Source: Thraustochytrium aureum
Taxonomy: Eukaryota
Length of the DNA: 36,115 nt
NCBI GenBank assembly: GCA_012862495.1
Contig: BLSG01000154.1
Coordinates: 211,691 to 247,805, forward strand
Reading direction: 5' to 3'
Positions 1 through 11,118 of this stretch are shown here, piece after piece. The position numbers and the translations under genes are program-made. The notes beneath the pieces are model-generated. The model saw nothing but the letters and a program-made list of their open reading frames with translations. It searched no databases and was not told the origin of the DNA. Numbering within the stretch: position 1 is the stretch's first letter; each line of letters starts with the position of its first letter.

Positions 1-421
1 CGAAGGCCGTGGCGAGCATCAGGCTTGTCGAACTTTATGATTCTCGATTGAGCATCGAGAACCACAGTTCAAATCCGCGCGTCATATAAACTGGACTCAC
101 TCGCAATCGGCCCTCGCGGGCACTAGCGTTCGCGCATCGCAACAGCATTGCCCCCCGCTCCATCCTCTTCATGCCCGCGAACGGGCTTCTGTAGTGCGCT
201 CACGGCCCTATTTGTGCCGCTGAGCGTTGGATCCATCTCTACGTTTAAAAAAAGAATGTAGCTAGCTAGAGCAGCGCGTATCGGCCTCGTCGTCGCCAAG
301 TGACCGTAGTCCGGCCCCGGGGCTTTACTTGCAAAGCGACGCATTCGGCCAACACACGTCGAAAAAGTGGCGAGCTTGGTTGGCATGTTCCAAAGAGCGA
401 GACATGGCAAAGCGTCCACTG

Positions 422-2118
422 CTACACAAAATTCTCCTCGTCGTCGTCAGGACCGGGCGGCGGAGACTCGCCAGCGGCTAGAGCGGCCACGTCGTCCCCA
501 GACACTTGGTTAGCCGGCGCAGAGGACCCTGCGCTGACAGGTTCATCCTGCGCCGCCGAAGCGCCGGGCCCATCAGCGCTTTGCGCAGAGTTTTGCGACG
601 TACCCGCCTGAACCGGCGAGTCTGATTCGCGTGGACCGCCAGGCCAGCTCGACGTCGGGTCTGCGTGTGTCGTCGCCACGGCCGTCTCGGGCCCGCCCTG
701 CTGCAGACTAAGCGCCTGAAGGGCTGGCAAACACTCGCGCCACGACTGCTCGACCTGCTGGTTGTACTCGATCTGTAGCTGCACGTAGTCGAGGATGATA
801 CTCTTAAAGTCGACGAGCTTTTNNNNNNNNNNNNNNNNNNNNNNNNNNNNNNNNNNNNNNNNNNNNNNNNNNNNNNNNNNNNNNNNNNNNNNNNNNNNNN
901 NNNNNNNNNNNNNNNNNNNNNNNNNNNNNNNNNNNNNNNNNNNNNNNNNNNNNNNNNNNNNNNNNNNNNNNNNNNNNNNNNNNNNNNNNNNNNNNNNNNN
1001 NNNNNNNNNNNNNNNNNNNNNNNNNNNNNNNNNNNNNNNNNNNNNNNNNNNNNNNNNNNNNNNNNNNNNNNNNNNNNNNNNNNNNNNNNNNNNNCTGTAG
1101 TAACGCGGTACTCTTCCTCGGCAATCTCGACTTGGCGATCTGCCTTGCGAACGGCCTCCTCGGCGGCGGCGACGCGCTGCGCATGCGTTTGCGGGTCAGC
1201 GCCCGCTTGCGAGTTGAGTTTGTCTCTCACCTGCTTCTTGGCCTCCTGGTCGCCGAGCGCAGCTTCGAGCGCGCCGAGCTTGGCCGATCGCACGTCGAGC
1301 GTGGCCTTGACCTGCTTTACAAGCCTGACATAGTCTTTGAGGGGCTCATCCAGAAACTGCGTCTCCTTGTCAGCTTCCACTGCCGTGATGCGGCTTAGCT
1401 TGTCGGCGCATTGGCCAAGTTGACTCATGGCATCACCCAGGGCGTCCTTCTCGGCTTGGCCGAGGAGGGTGAAGGCGAGCCCAAAGTCGAAAAGGGACTG
1501 CGCGAGGTCCTTGTTTTTGTCCACGAGGCTGTGCGTGTGCTTGCTTACGGCGTTGATCTGGGGCTCGAGCGAGCCGACGTACTGCTTGATCTCGTCGAAT
1601 CGGACGTCCTCTTCGGTCTTCGCCCGCGAAAACGAGCTCCCGGCCATCTTGGTCTGCAGCGTGCTGGTCGCCGCCGAGGCCCAGGACCAGAACGACGAGT
1701 CTTTTCTTTTGCCGCCGTCCTTGGCTGCCTCCTTGGTGCTTTCAAGGTTTTCCAGTTCGAGGAAGGCCTTGACCATGCGGTTGTCACGGAGCACTTCGTG
1801 CGAGGCGATCCGGTTGAGGAATTTCTCCAGCGACCTCTGCCTCTGCGACAAGAATGGCTCGTTGAACCGCCTCATCACGTGCTTTTCGGGCAGGGGCGGG
1901 ATGATGATCCCCGGATACATGGCGCTCAGCTGCTCTTGCAGCCAAACAAAGTCGCTGTACCGCCGATGCACATAAAAGTGGGAGCTGTCAAAGCGTTCCA
2001 TGTCGGTCTTCGTCGTCACCTTGTACGTCACATACGCGTTGATCCCATCGCCGTGGCGCACTGGATCGCTCACCGCAATATCCATCATGCCAGCCGCGGC
2101 GCCCCCCCCTTCCGCCAT
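422..2118 (-). CDS. SNX1: Sorting nexin, SNX1/2 (Vps5)-type PX-BAR protein; interrupted by gap 823-1094
   Basis: PX domain (YVTYKVTTKT...VHRRYSDFVWL...PGIIIPPLPEK...RQRSLEKFLNRIASHEVL) followed by a helical BAR region. After the gap, KLVDFKSIILDYVQLQIEYNQQVEQSW matches the SNX-BAR end, with a stop at 422-424. First in-frame ATG is at 2118. Confidence 0.92.
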
Positions 2119-2459
2119 CGCCAGCTCTCCCCGTCCGCGCTCGCGCAGGCCAACCGTCCGGCACCCGCGCCGAAAGCGCGACAAACTCCGCAAACTCCGC
2201 CAACAAAAACGTTCCGCGCGCGAGAGTCCAAACACCGCAGCGGCCGTACCTACGCCCGCAGCGACGCCCGCCCGCAGCAGCGTCCCAGACCCAACTCGCC
2301 GTGCGCCGCCGTCACAACCGCGTCAACCGCTGCCGCGCCGCGGTCCTGCACTGCTCCCCGTCGCGCTCCTCACCGTCCCGGACAACTCGGCGCACCGCCA
2401 CGACACAGAGCCTGGGCGTTGGCGAAGTATCCTCGGGCTGCCAGGAGCGTACCACGAAC

Positions 2460-2539
2460 ATGAGCGAGCTCGCTGTCATGAAGATGTCGGCCAGCTCCGC
2501 CCTCGCCGCGGCTGGCGAAGCGCTGCGGCGATGTGGATG
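2460..2539 (+). CDS. Possible first exon (MSELAVMKMSASSALAAAGEALRRCG) of the downstream EF-hand gene
   Basis: ATG lies divergent from the SNX start and the codons look coding up to the gap. The 3782 ORF has no ATG near its 5' end, and 2690-3780 holds microsatellites and GT/AG motifs that look intronic. Exon structure is unresolved. Confidence 0.3.
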
Positions 2540-3108
2540 NNNNNNNNNNNNNNNNNNNNNNNNNNNNNNNNNNNNNNNNNNNNNNNNNNNNNNNNNNNNN
2601 NNNNNNNNNNNNNNNNNNNNNNNNNNNNNNNNNNNNNNNNNNNNNNNNNNNNNNNNNNNNNNNNNNNNNNNNNNNNNNNNNNNNNNNNGATCTCCTGCAG
2701 CGCTCTGCTCTGCGCTCGATGCTGCATCGGCTTGGGGCGCGTGCAAGCAAGTGCCAAGAGGTGGCGGCCACCTGGTGAACTGCAGAGGCAGCTTGCGCGA
2801 AGGGCGGCTGTGTTGGCTCGGCATCGCGGTGCTGCCGTGATGCTTCTGCGCTGATAGCGCGCCCGGCGCAGGCACGTGCTAGCCTCGATGCAGGCGCTTC
2901 GCGTGCTGCGCTGCAGGAGTGAATTCTGTGTCTCGAAGCGCCCCGGCTCGCCCGCGCTCTCTCTCTCGGTCACCTTGCGGGACCTCGTGAACCGCAGGGC
3001 AACGTCCGCTGCGCCACTGCCTCAGCGTCGACTGCAGAATTGCTTTGCTCAGGATTCTGTCCGAGGTTGTCAGGCGCGACAACAAAAACCAAGCAACCTC
3101 CAGGTCGT

Positions 3109-3169
3109 CTCTTTGCCTCCCATGACGACTCTTTGCCTCCCATGACGACTCTTTGCCTCCCGTGACGAC
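3109..3169. repeat. 20-bp minisatellite, 3 copies
   Basis: Unit CTCTTTGCCTCCCRTGACGA at 3109, 3129 and 3149. Confidence 0.95.
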
Positions 3170-3372
3170 GTTGCCCAACAACCCATCGCTTGCTCCAACA
3201 GGCCCATAACTTGCTCAGCGCCCGCAATGTCGCCTTGATGCAAGTGCGAGCCGGCCGGCCATGCATGATTCCTTCGGCCCCTTCGCCAGGCCAATCTCCC
3301 ATTGCACGCCCTCGAGCTCGGATCGAGCTCGGCAAGCTGCCGTGGGACCGCGCTCTGAGAGCCCATGCACGA

Positions 3373-3373
<1 letters not shown>

Positions 3374-3404
<31 letters not shown>
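3374..3404. repeat. (GCAC)n microsatellite
   Basis: About 7 consecutive GCAC units. Confidence 0.95.
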
Positions 3405-3405
<1 letters not shown>

Positions 3406-3706
3406 GAACGGCGAACATGCGCTGTCAGCAGGTCAAGCAGGTCGGTGGTGGGTGGGCGACATGCTCCTGGATGGCGTGCACGGCATCTTGGTCGGCTCGA
3501 GCTCGCCGGCTCGCGAGCTCCCTTGGGCCCCGCGCCCCAGCCGAGCCGAGCGAGCCCGTCGAGTTGGGCGGCGCTCGAGCAACTTTCAAGCGCAACGAGC
3601 AGGTACTCGGTTGGAGAGGAACAGGTTCGGGAAGGAGTCAACGGCTTTAGTGCGCCAGCGCTCGGCTCGTCGCAGCCGCCTCGCGGCCAGCCAGTACTCG
3701 TGAAAG

Positions 3707-3778
3707 ACGAGGTCACTTGCTGCGTGCGCCACAACCTCCGCCACGAGGCCGCTTGCTGCGTGCGCCACGACCTTCGCC
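3707..3778. repeat. 36-bp imperfect tandem duplication
   Basis: ACGAGGYCRCTTGCTGCGTGCGCCACRACCTYCGCC, two copies. Confidence 0.9.
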
Positions 3779-3781
3779 TGC

Positions 3782-6700
3782 GTGCCTTGCCTGCGCGAGT
3801 TGGGGAAGCGGGATGTGGCCCGCGCGGTGACCGCGAGGTCCAACGCGTTCTACAGGAGGACAAGCTCCGGCACGCCGGCCGCCGGCAGAGACGGGGAGGA
3901 CGGCGCCAAGGGACAGGCGAACTGGTGGCCGCAGGGCGCTGGCCGCAGCTGCCTCGCCCAGGTTGCTGCAGAGGTCGTCGGGACGACCGCTTGCGCGCGG
4001 AAAAGTGCCGGGCTGGTGTCCTCCAGGACCGACGACCCGCGCGTGGAGTGTGGCGAGCGAGCAGCAGCGCAAGCGACAGTCGATGTTGCCTTTTCTTGGG
4101 AGGACGCGAAAGAACCAGCGTTCGAGCTGCTTGGCGTCCGCGTGGGGTCCAAAGTGAGCGAACTGCGCGACAAACTCCAAAAAGAAGGGCGGCTGCCGCC
4201 CAACAGCGCCGTGCTCCTCCTCGCACAAGGCGAGCCGCTAAACCAAGTCCAAGAAGCCCTGTGCTCTCTCGCTGTATTTGGTGACACGAGGCCGCTGCGC
4301 GTCGTGGCCCGGATCGAGGGAGGCCCCAATCGCGGCGACTCGGGCGGCCAAAACGCCGCCGCAAAAAGGGTCGCGAAGGCCTTCGCAGATGACAAGGAAA
4401 AATGCGCGCTTAAAGCATCACTGCGTGCTGCGCTTGGTTGCATCGCGAGCCAATTCGGCCGCGCAGCCCTCGCCGACGCATTTGATCGCATGGATGCGAG
4501 CAAATCCGGCTCGCTCTCAAACTCGGCGCTCGTGGAGATGCTGCAAAAAGCGTGCGATGCGCGCAGTCGGAGCGGCAACGGGGGGTCCTGGGCCGTCTCG
4601 AGCCTTTCAAGCGCTCTGAAGGGGCTTGGGGAGGCGGGGGGCTCGTGCACGCTCTCGTACGCGGATGTTGCCGCCTGCTTGCCAAAGCACCTCTCGCTCG
4701 ACGCTCTCCAAGGTCGAACCGCTCTACCCGGCCCTGCAGACGCTGTAGAGCGGACTGCCGCCGGCGCGCTCGCAAAGATCCGCAAAGCTATGCACAAGCT
4801 CCATGTTGAGGGAGTGTGCGTCGAGGTTGACGTGAGAGACTTGCAGTACCGGGAGACCGAGACGCTGCGCGCACTTGACAACGGGGGCGAGGCAAGCACG
4901 TGGTCGCCAAAGGCGCCGCCATCGCCGTGGCAAGATGCTCGCGCCAGCTGCGGCGGAGCGGCTTCTCGCGTAGCCGACGCAGACCGGCTCTACCTTCACC
5001 CAGGGTTGGGGCTGATCGGCAAAGTGACTGGTGGTCCGCGCTGCACGTTTCGCTGCAGTGTCGATCTCGGCGAGGCTCTTGGCGCGCTCAACCAACGCGA
5101 CGCAGGCACGGTCACCTTCGAAGAGCTTGCGGCGTTCTTAGGGCGCCACACGTGCTCGGTGAAGGACCTCGGCCTCGCTTCGCGGGCGGACCTCCGCGAC
5201 GCGCTGCTCCCGTTCAAGCGCGGGAGCGAGTATGACGTTGCCTCATTTGTAGATTATTGCGTTCCCGTTTCGGAAGAGCAGCTCGCAGCGCGCGTCGAGA
5301 ACGCGGTCGCCGTTCTCCGACTCAAGTTTGTTCGCGATGCGCTTGGTGGGGCAGCCCTAAAGCGGCTATTCGCAGAGTTTGATCCGAACGGCAGCGGGTC
5401 CATCCCTGCAACGCGGTTTGCGGCGTGCGTCCGCGACCAGCTCGGTGGAAAGGTGACGCAGCGGGACGTTGCTGCAATTGTGGACCGCTTTGATCCAGGC
5501 CACAAGGGTAAGGTGTCCTATCTCGAGTTTCTTGCGTTTCTTGAGCGGGGTTCACACCAATGGGGCGACTTGCACGATCTTCGCCGCGCCCTTGTGCGCG
5601 CCATCCGCAATCGGTTCTTTGCATTGCCGCTTGGCGTGGTCGACTCGAAGCGAGCGTTCGCCTTTTTCGACCAAGACAAGGACGGCGTCGTCTCGGGTGA
5701 CGACCTGGTCGCGGTCGTGCGTCGCGTTCTAGAGGCTGGAGACAGAGGGCCCAGGCCCGGCGAGGACGCTACCAGGGCTCGCGACGCCGTGCTGCGGGCG
5801 GCGCTCGAGCCTAGCCGCGCTCACTACCTTGCGCCCGCCACAGCTGGCCGCCTCTTGCAGGCTGGCCCAGAGGCCATGGTCGTGGGTAAACCGGCGCCCA
5901 ATCTTGCGAGCGCTGGGCGACAAGGCGCTCAAGTGCGAGTAGGCCTGGATTTGGTCGGCTGGACGTCGCTTTTGGCCAGCGAACAGGCAGTCTCTGCTGC
6001 CAAGGCTGCCGACCGGATCCGCGCGGCAGTCGGGCGCCAGCGCTTGGAGACCGCGAGCGGGATTGAAAGTGTCTTTGAAGCGTTGCAAGCAACTGCGGCG
6101 GATCGCGCCAGCGAGCTGCAGCTGAACGACAAGAAGGTGGTATTGGAGCGTGACGCGTCGGCCATCAATTTGTCAAGCCTCGTGCGGGGGTGCCGAGAAA
6201 AGCTCGGGCTGGACCTGCAGCTCGAGGAAGCCCACGCAGTTTTATCAAGCCAGAGCGCCAAGGACGGTCTACGGCCGCCCCGTGGGTGCTGCGAGCTCGC
6301 TGACTTTTTGGCAATGCGGGCTCGTCCTTCGGCCGCCGACATTGCCGCAAGGGTCCGCAAGGCGATCAAGCACAAGTCGTTGGGAGGTATGGCGATTCGG
6401 CGCTGCTTCCAGGCCTTTGACCCCACAGGGCGAGGCACGCTCGGGGTGGAGTCGTTCAAGACTGGTCTGTTGCGCCTTGATCTTGGTCTTTCGCAGCGAG
6501 ACGTGGACGATTTCCTGGCTGCGGATCTCGTGCATCGCGACGCACGCAGCGGCGAGATCTCGTTTGATGAGTTCGTTCGCTTCGCGTTGCAGAACGAGGC
6601 CGCATCGCAGCCTTGCTGGTCTCCTTGCCGAGCTCCCCTGCACAGCCGTCGCGGCAGTCGCCAGCAGGAGCTCGATTCCGCCCGTCCGTCACGTCGTCTG

Positions 6701-7042
6701 CGCGCAGCAGCGGCGACCGGCAGTCCTTTTCGGTCTCGAGCTCTCGCGCGCAGGTCGACCAGTACCTGGCTCGCGACCGCCCGTTTTAGCGTAGAACAAG
6801 TACTCCNNNNNNNNNNNNNNNNNNNNTGGTCGGCCTTGCAGCAGCCACCGGGGCCAAAATGGCCGCCACTGCAGAGCCGCGGCCGTCCACCGGCAGCCAC
6901 TTCAAGCCAGCCAGTCCACCAAGGCAGGCGGCCTGATGGCCTGGTCGACCGAGACCGCCATCGCGCGTCAGGGCGGAATCCGAATTCCAGATTCCATCCG
7001 CGCTACCAAACCACCGCGTCAAACTCACCCACCTGCTGTTGA
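3782..7042 (+). CDS. Large multi-EF-hand protein with a ubiquitin-like segment; 5' and 3' boundaries uncertain
   Basis: Open frame of about 940 codons to ~6600 with at least 6-7 EF-hand-like loops (DASKSGSLS, DPNGSGSIP, DPGHKGKVSYLEF, DQDKDGVVSGDD, DPTGRGTLG, DARSGEISFDEF). UBL-like segment at ~4080-4310 (VGSKVSELRDKLQKEGRLPPNSAVLLLAQGEPL). The reading frame after ~6600 is doubtful. Confidence 0.75.
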   Translation: MPCLRELGKRDVARAVTARSNAFYRRTSSGTPAAGRDGEDGAKGQANWWPQGAGRSCLAQVAAEVVGTTACARKSAGLVSSRTDDPRVECGERAAAQATVDVAFSWEDAKEPAFELLGVRVGSKVSELRDKLQKEGRLPPNSAVLLLAQGEPLNQVQEALCSLAVFGDTRPLRVVARIEGGPNRGDSGGQNAAAKRVAKAFADDKEKCALKASLRAALGCIASQFGRAALADAFDRMDASKSGSLSNSALVEMLQKACDARSRSGNGGSWAVSSLSSALKGLGEAGGSCTLSYADVAACLPKHLSLDALQGRTALPGPADAVERTAAGALAKIRKAMHKLHVEGVCVEVDVRDLQYRETETLRALDNGGEASTWSPKAPPSPWQDARASCGGAASRVADADRLYLHPGLGLIGKVTGGPRCTFRCSVDLGEALGALNQRDAGTVTFEELAAFLGRHTCSVKDLGLASRADLRDALLPFKRGSEYDVASFVDYCVPVSEEQLAARVENAVAVLRLKFVRDALGGAALKRLFAEFDPNGSGSIPATRFAACVRDQLGGKVTQRDVAAIVDRFDPGHKGKVSYLEFLAFLERGSHQWGDLHDLRRALVRAIRNRFFALPLGVVDSKRAFAFFDQDKDGVVSGDDLVAVVRRVLEAGDRGPRPGEDATRARDAVLRAALEPSRAHYLAPATAGRLLQAGPEAMVVGKPAPNLASAGRQGAQVRVGLDLVGWTSLLASEQAVSAAKAADRIRAAVGRQRLETASGIESVFEALQATAADRASELQLNDKKVVLERDASAINLSSLVRGCREKLGLDLQLEEAHAVLSSQSAKDGLRPPRGCCELADFLAMRARPSAADIAARVRKAIKHKSLGGMAIRRCFQAFDPTGRGTLGVESFKTGLLRLDLGLSQRDVDDFLAADLVHRDARSGEISFDEFVRFALQNEAASQPCWSPCRAPLHSRRGSRQQELDSARPSRRLRAAAATGSPFRSRALARRSTSTWLATARFSVEQVLXXXXXXXWSALQQPPGPKWPPLQSRGRPPAATSSQPVHQGRRPDGLVDRDRHRASGRNPNSRFHPRYQTTASNSPTCC

Positions 7043-7456
7043 ACAGGCCCTCTCCTCTGCAGAGGACGACATTTCCTCGCGGGCGCCCCTCGCTTTGCGC
7101 CGCGCTGCAGAGCGTGTGCAGGAAGGCAGGCAGGCAGGCGGTGGTGGGCCTGTGTGGCGGCGGTTGTGAGCCAAACAAAGTGGAGCGACTCTGAACCAAA
7201 CCGCACGAAAGAAACAACGAAAAGAGCAAAAGTTGCGTCGACCCCCGAAAAAACGGCGCGCCTTCTAACGCTCAGGTACCCCCTAAGGGGCTTATGGCGA
7301 GAATCACGGATTCGCGGGCGCGGGCGATGTTTTGGTTCTCGTTGATTTATTGTGCTTTGTGGCATTGCGTTGCTGCGTGGAAGGCGGTGAAGCGCCGATT
7401 GAAATTGGGATGTTTTTTCTCCTTTTTTGGTCTGGTTTTTCTTTGTGCTTTTTCAC

Positions 7457-7551
7457 TGATGATTGATTGATTGATTGAGCAGCAGACTCCAAACTGCATC
7501 TCCGAGCGACAAGTGCGTGCGTGCGTGCGTGCGTGTGTTGGTGCGTGCGTG
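7457..7551. repeat. (GATT)n and (GTGC)n microsatellites upstream of the F-box gene
   Basis: GATT run at ~7460-7477 and GTGC runs at ~7513-7551. Confidence 0.9.
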
Positions 7552-7664
7552 TCGTTCGCTCTTGCTTGCCTGCGTGTGGTCGGTCGTGCGCGGGCGCTGG
7601 CCGACTGCAGGTGCCAGCTCGCTTGCGAACTTGCGAGTCGGGCTGTGCGCTGCTTGGCGCGGGA

Positions 7665-8780
7665 ATGGTGCTGCAGAATGCGTGCTCCAAGGCGCAGCGG
7701 AGCAGGCTCGAGGCGGCGCTGCCGCCTGAGCTTCTGAGCAACTGCCTGGCGTACCTTCCGGCGGAGGAGCTCTTGGTGAACGCGTCGAGAACTTCGCAGC
7801 TGTTTCTGCACCTCAGCTCGCTTCTGATGGGCGTTGACGACCCAGCCAAGGTAGCAGTTCTGCCTGACGCGGGCTGGAAACTGAACATTCGCCTGGCGCC
7901 AGAGCCCTCGCTTAGTCTTCGATACCGCGCCCTCCGTGAGTTGTGGGACCAGTATGGCTCGCTCTGCTCGGGCGCAACGGGGCCCACGGGCGAAGTCGAG
8001 GAGGACCCCCTCGCATCGGGGAAGAGCAGCACCGCGCTGCTCTCGCCCGCGCTCGACTGGCTGTGCGTGACCCGGTACTCGGCCAAGTTCGAAAAGCTAG
8101 TATGCAAGGACGACCGCGCTATCCAAGAGCTGACGGGGTGCGCCGTGGTCGACTACAACTCGACGCGGATCTCCTTTAGAGTGTTTGTGAGCCTGTACGA
8201 CGCTATCAGCGCGATCGTCAAGGAGAGGCAGGCCTATCTTTTGCAGCATTTCCAGTTCATAGAGACTCCCGCTGCTCGGCCTGGGGGCGAGCGGGGCATG
8301 CAGCGCGGGCGGCTGACTGCTCACGGGATTGCCTCGTGCAACCGAATCTTTGACTTTTTCGACGTCGACCGGGACGGCTGCCTGGGCTGGGACGAGCTGT
8401 CGGCTATCAACAGAGCCGCGGGTCTGCCTCTCAGTCGGAGCGCCTACGAGTGGGTCCAAATCACGTACGAGACCGACGGGGACGGCAGGCTGACGCGCGA
8501 CGGGTACAAACACATGTTCTTAGAAAACTTTATTCGCGTGCCTCGGCTCATGTACACCGACCTCGTTCGCCTCCACGACTTTGTCGACCGCTCAACCAAG
8601 CGGGACCGTCCAGAGGTCTCCGACTGCAGCTCAAGCGACGGAGAAGCCAGCGAAGCTAGCGGGGCCGACGACTTGGACACGGTCATGGACCTGCGGCCCG
8701 CAACGCGCCGCCGGTTCAGCAGTGCCAGCTCGATTGCCTCTGAGATATCGCAGTTGTCGACGATGTCGATCGAGCCGTAG
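7665..8780 (+). CDS. F-box plus EF-hand pair protein
   Basis: N-terminal F-box-like motif LPPELLSNCLAYLPAEELLVNASRTSQLF. Canonical EF loop DVDRDGCLGWDE and a second loop ETDGDGRLTRDG. Ser/acidic tail, stop at 8778-8780. Confidence 0.75.
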   Translation: MVLQNACSKAQRSRLEAALPPELLSNCLAYLPAEELLVNASRTSQLFLHLSSLLMGVDDPAKVAVLPDAGWKLNIRLAPEPSLSLRYRALRELWDQYGSLCSGATGPTGEVEEDPLASGKSSTALLSPALDWLCVTRYSAKFEKLVCKDDRAIQELTGCAVVDYNSTRISFRVFVSLYDAISAIVKERQAYLLQHFQFIETPAARPGGERGMQRGRLTAHGIASCNRIFDFFDVDRDGCLGWDELSAINRAAGLPLSRSAYEWVQITYETDGDGRLTRDGYKHMFLENFIRVPRLMYTDLVRLHDFVDRSTKRDRPEVSDCSSSDGEASEASGADDLDTVMDLRPATRRRFSSASSIASEISQLSTMSIEP

Positions 8781-9437
8781 AGCTCGAACCTGTACATAGT
8801 CTTTTCACCGAGGGACGCCGAGATAGCCGCTACAAGACCAAACAAAATGATGTTGACCAGATCTGGCCACCATGCTCGTCGCCCAACAGACGTGCGCCAG
8901 CGAACGCGGCAAAAACCGTCGCCGAGGAGGTCGGGCTTGAGAGCGTGCCGCTGCCCGCCGTGGCCGCCGTGTCCGTACATTCGCGGCCAAACGCGGCAGG
9001 CAGGACGCACAAGTTTCCAGCGCGCCGTTCTCGCGAACTTGGCAATCCAGGTCTTCCAGGGCGTCCTCGTCGCAAAAAAATGCGTTGCGTGAGAGCATCG
9101 GCCTTGTTCGTCATGGGCAGCTCAGCTGTCGGCGGCCGTGCAAGGGCAGCATGCAGTGGGCTATCCGTATGCCCGATTACCGCCAGCCACGTCCCAACCA
9201 AGAGGAGGTTGATGAGCGATCAGCCATGCAGATTCCCTGTCGAGGCCGCCTGCTGCAAAGAAGGAGGCAAGCACCGGGCGATGGGAGCGGAGCCGCAAGC
9301 ACAAGACTGAGGAGGCGTGGGAGGGTATGGTTTGCTCTGTAAGTATTCACTCATCAACAGCACGCCACGCGCAATCACTGATCGGCAGAAGCCCCGTCCT
9401 GGATCCCTCCGAGGGCCCGAGACGAGAACCAGCACGA

Positions 9438-11118
9438 TCAGTCAAATCCCTGGAGTGTTACAAGGTCGCTTTCGGAGAAGAAACAAAATGAGCGGCGCGA
9501 CGAAGAGGGCTTTGCCGACGTGTCAGCCATGTCTGCGGAGATGTCGTCACCCACGTAAGAGTCTTCGTCATCCGTGTCGGCGAAGAAGTCGTCGATAAAG
9601 TCGCTGGCCATATCGGAGATGCCGGCGTCCGGGTGAGACTGGAGCCCCTGGATGGCCTCGAGGCCGTTGCACTCCTCCACCTTGACGGAGAAAGCCGGGA
9701 TGTCGAGACGCAAAATCTTCTCCAGCGCACCTAATGTGGCATGGATGATTGTGACGTCCGGGCAGCCGAGCAGCTCGCACAAGGGCCGAACCGCGCCATG
9801 TTCCTCGACGAGGCGCTTCAGATCCCTGGCCGACCCCCCAGCGCAAATATTGGTTACAGCAAGCGCAGCTTCCCTGCGAACCGGCCACTCGTCGACCGCC
9901 ATGGCGCGCACCAGCGCGGAGACCAAGCAGGGCGTCGATATAAGCTGGCCCACCTGGGCCTCGGACCCCGCGGCCACGTTGGAGACGACCCATGCCGCCT
10001 CGGCCCTCACATCCGCGGCAGGGTGGCCCAGCAGGCATACTAACGGCGCGAGGAGGCCCGCGTCGAGGGCCGCCTGCGTCTGGTGCTCGACGCCTGCGAC
10101 CACGTTGCCAAGCGAGCGCAGCGCGGGCTTGACGCAAGCGTTTCCTTCGACAGAGTCAGAGACGAGACGGACCAGGGGGCCGCAGGCCCCACTGACAACC
10201 AGCGGCTGGAGGTCGGCTGGCTCGGCCCCATCTGACATGTAAGAAAGCGCCCAGCAGGCGTGAGCGACGGTCTGCGGGTCGTGCGAAGAGCGCAGGCGCT
10301 CCACCAGCACCGGANNNNNNNNNNNNNNNNNNNNNNNNNNNNNNNNNNNNNNNNNNNNNNNNNNNNNNNNNNNNNNNNNNNNNNNNNNNNNNNNNNNNNN
10401 NNNNNNNNNNNNNNNNNNNNNNNNNNNNNNNNNNNNNNNNNNNNNNNNNNNNNNNNNNNNNNNNNNNNNNNNNNNNNNNNNNNNNNNNNNNNNNNNNNNN
10501 NNNNNNNNNNNNNNNNNNNNNNNNNNNNNNNNNNNNNNNNNNNNNNNNNNNNNNNNNNNNNNNNNNNNNNNNNNNNNNNNNNNNNNNNNNNNNNNNNNNN
10601 NNNNNNNNNNNNNNNNNNNNNNNNNNNNNNNNNNNNNNNNNNNNNNNNNNNNNNNNNNNNNNNNNNNNNNNNNNNNNNNNNNNNNNNNNNNNNNNNNNNN
10701 NNNNNNNNNNNNNNNNNNNNNNNNNNNNNNNNNNNNNNNNNNNNNNNNNNNNNNNNNNNNNNNNNNNNNNNNNNNNNNNNNNNNNNNNNNNNNNNNNNNN
10801 NNNNNNNNNNNNNNNNNNNNNNNNNNNNNNNNNNNGCTTGATGGCGAGGATCTCGAGGAGTTCAGTTGGCGCCTCGTGCTCCCGTTTGCGTATTTTGGTC
10901 GTGGGCCGGGCCTCGGCGAGACTCGCCAGCTCCGCCCCGGTACGTGGCACTACCTTGGTCTGGCTAAACCTTCTCTTGCGCACATGCTCCTCGCGCCGGC
11001 CTTTCCTCAGGACCACGACGCTGTCCTCCCGCGCTTTTCTGGTCTGGGCCGAGCTCGCTTTCGTGCTCAATTGCACCTCATCCTGCGCGGCCTCGCTGCC
11101 GAGCTCACGTATCCGCAT
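9438..11118 (-). CDS. KPNA: Importin-alpha (karyopherin alpha), divergent copy; gap 10315-10835
   Basis: IBB-like RKAREDSVVVLRKGRREEHVRKRR. ARM repeats ACWALSYMSDG, PALRSLGNVVAG, EAAWVVSNVAAG, REAALAVTNICAGG. C-terminal VEECNGLEAIQGLQSH...FIDDFF. Confidence 0.9.

Noticed and set aside
5..85. B-box-like GTTCAAATCC (67-76) and an 8-bp hairpin (41-61) suggesting a tRNA or SINE
   Set aside because: The T-stem does not pair, and no acceptor stem or cloverleaf can be built.
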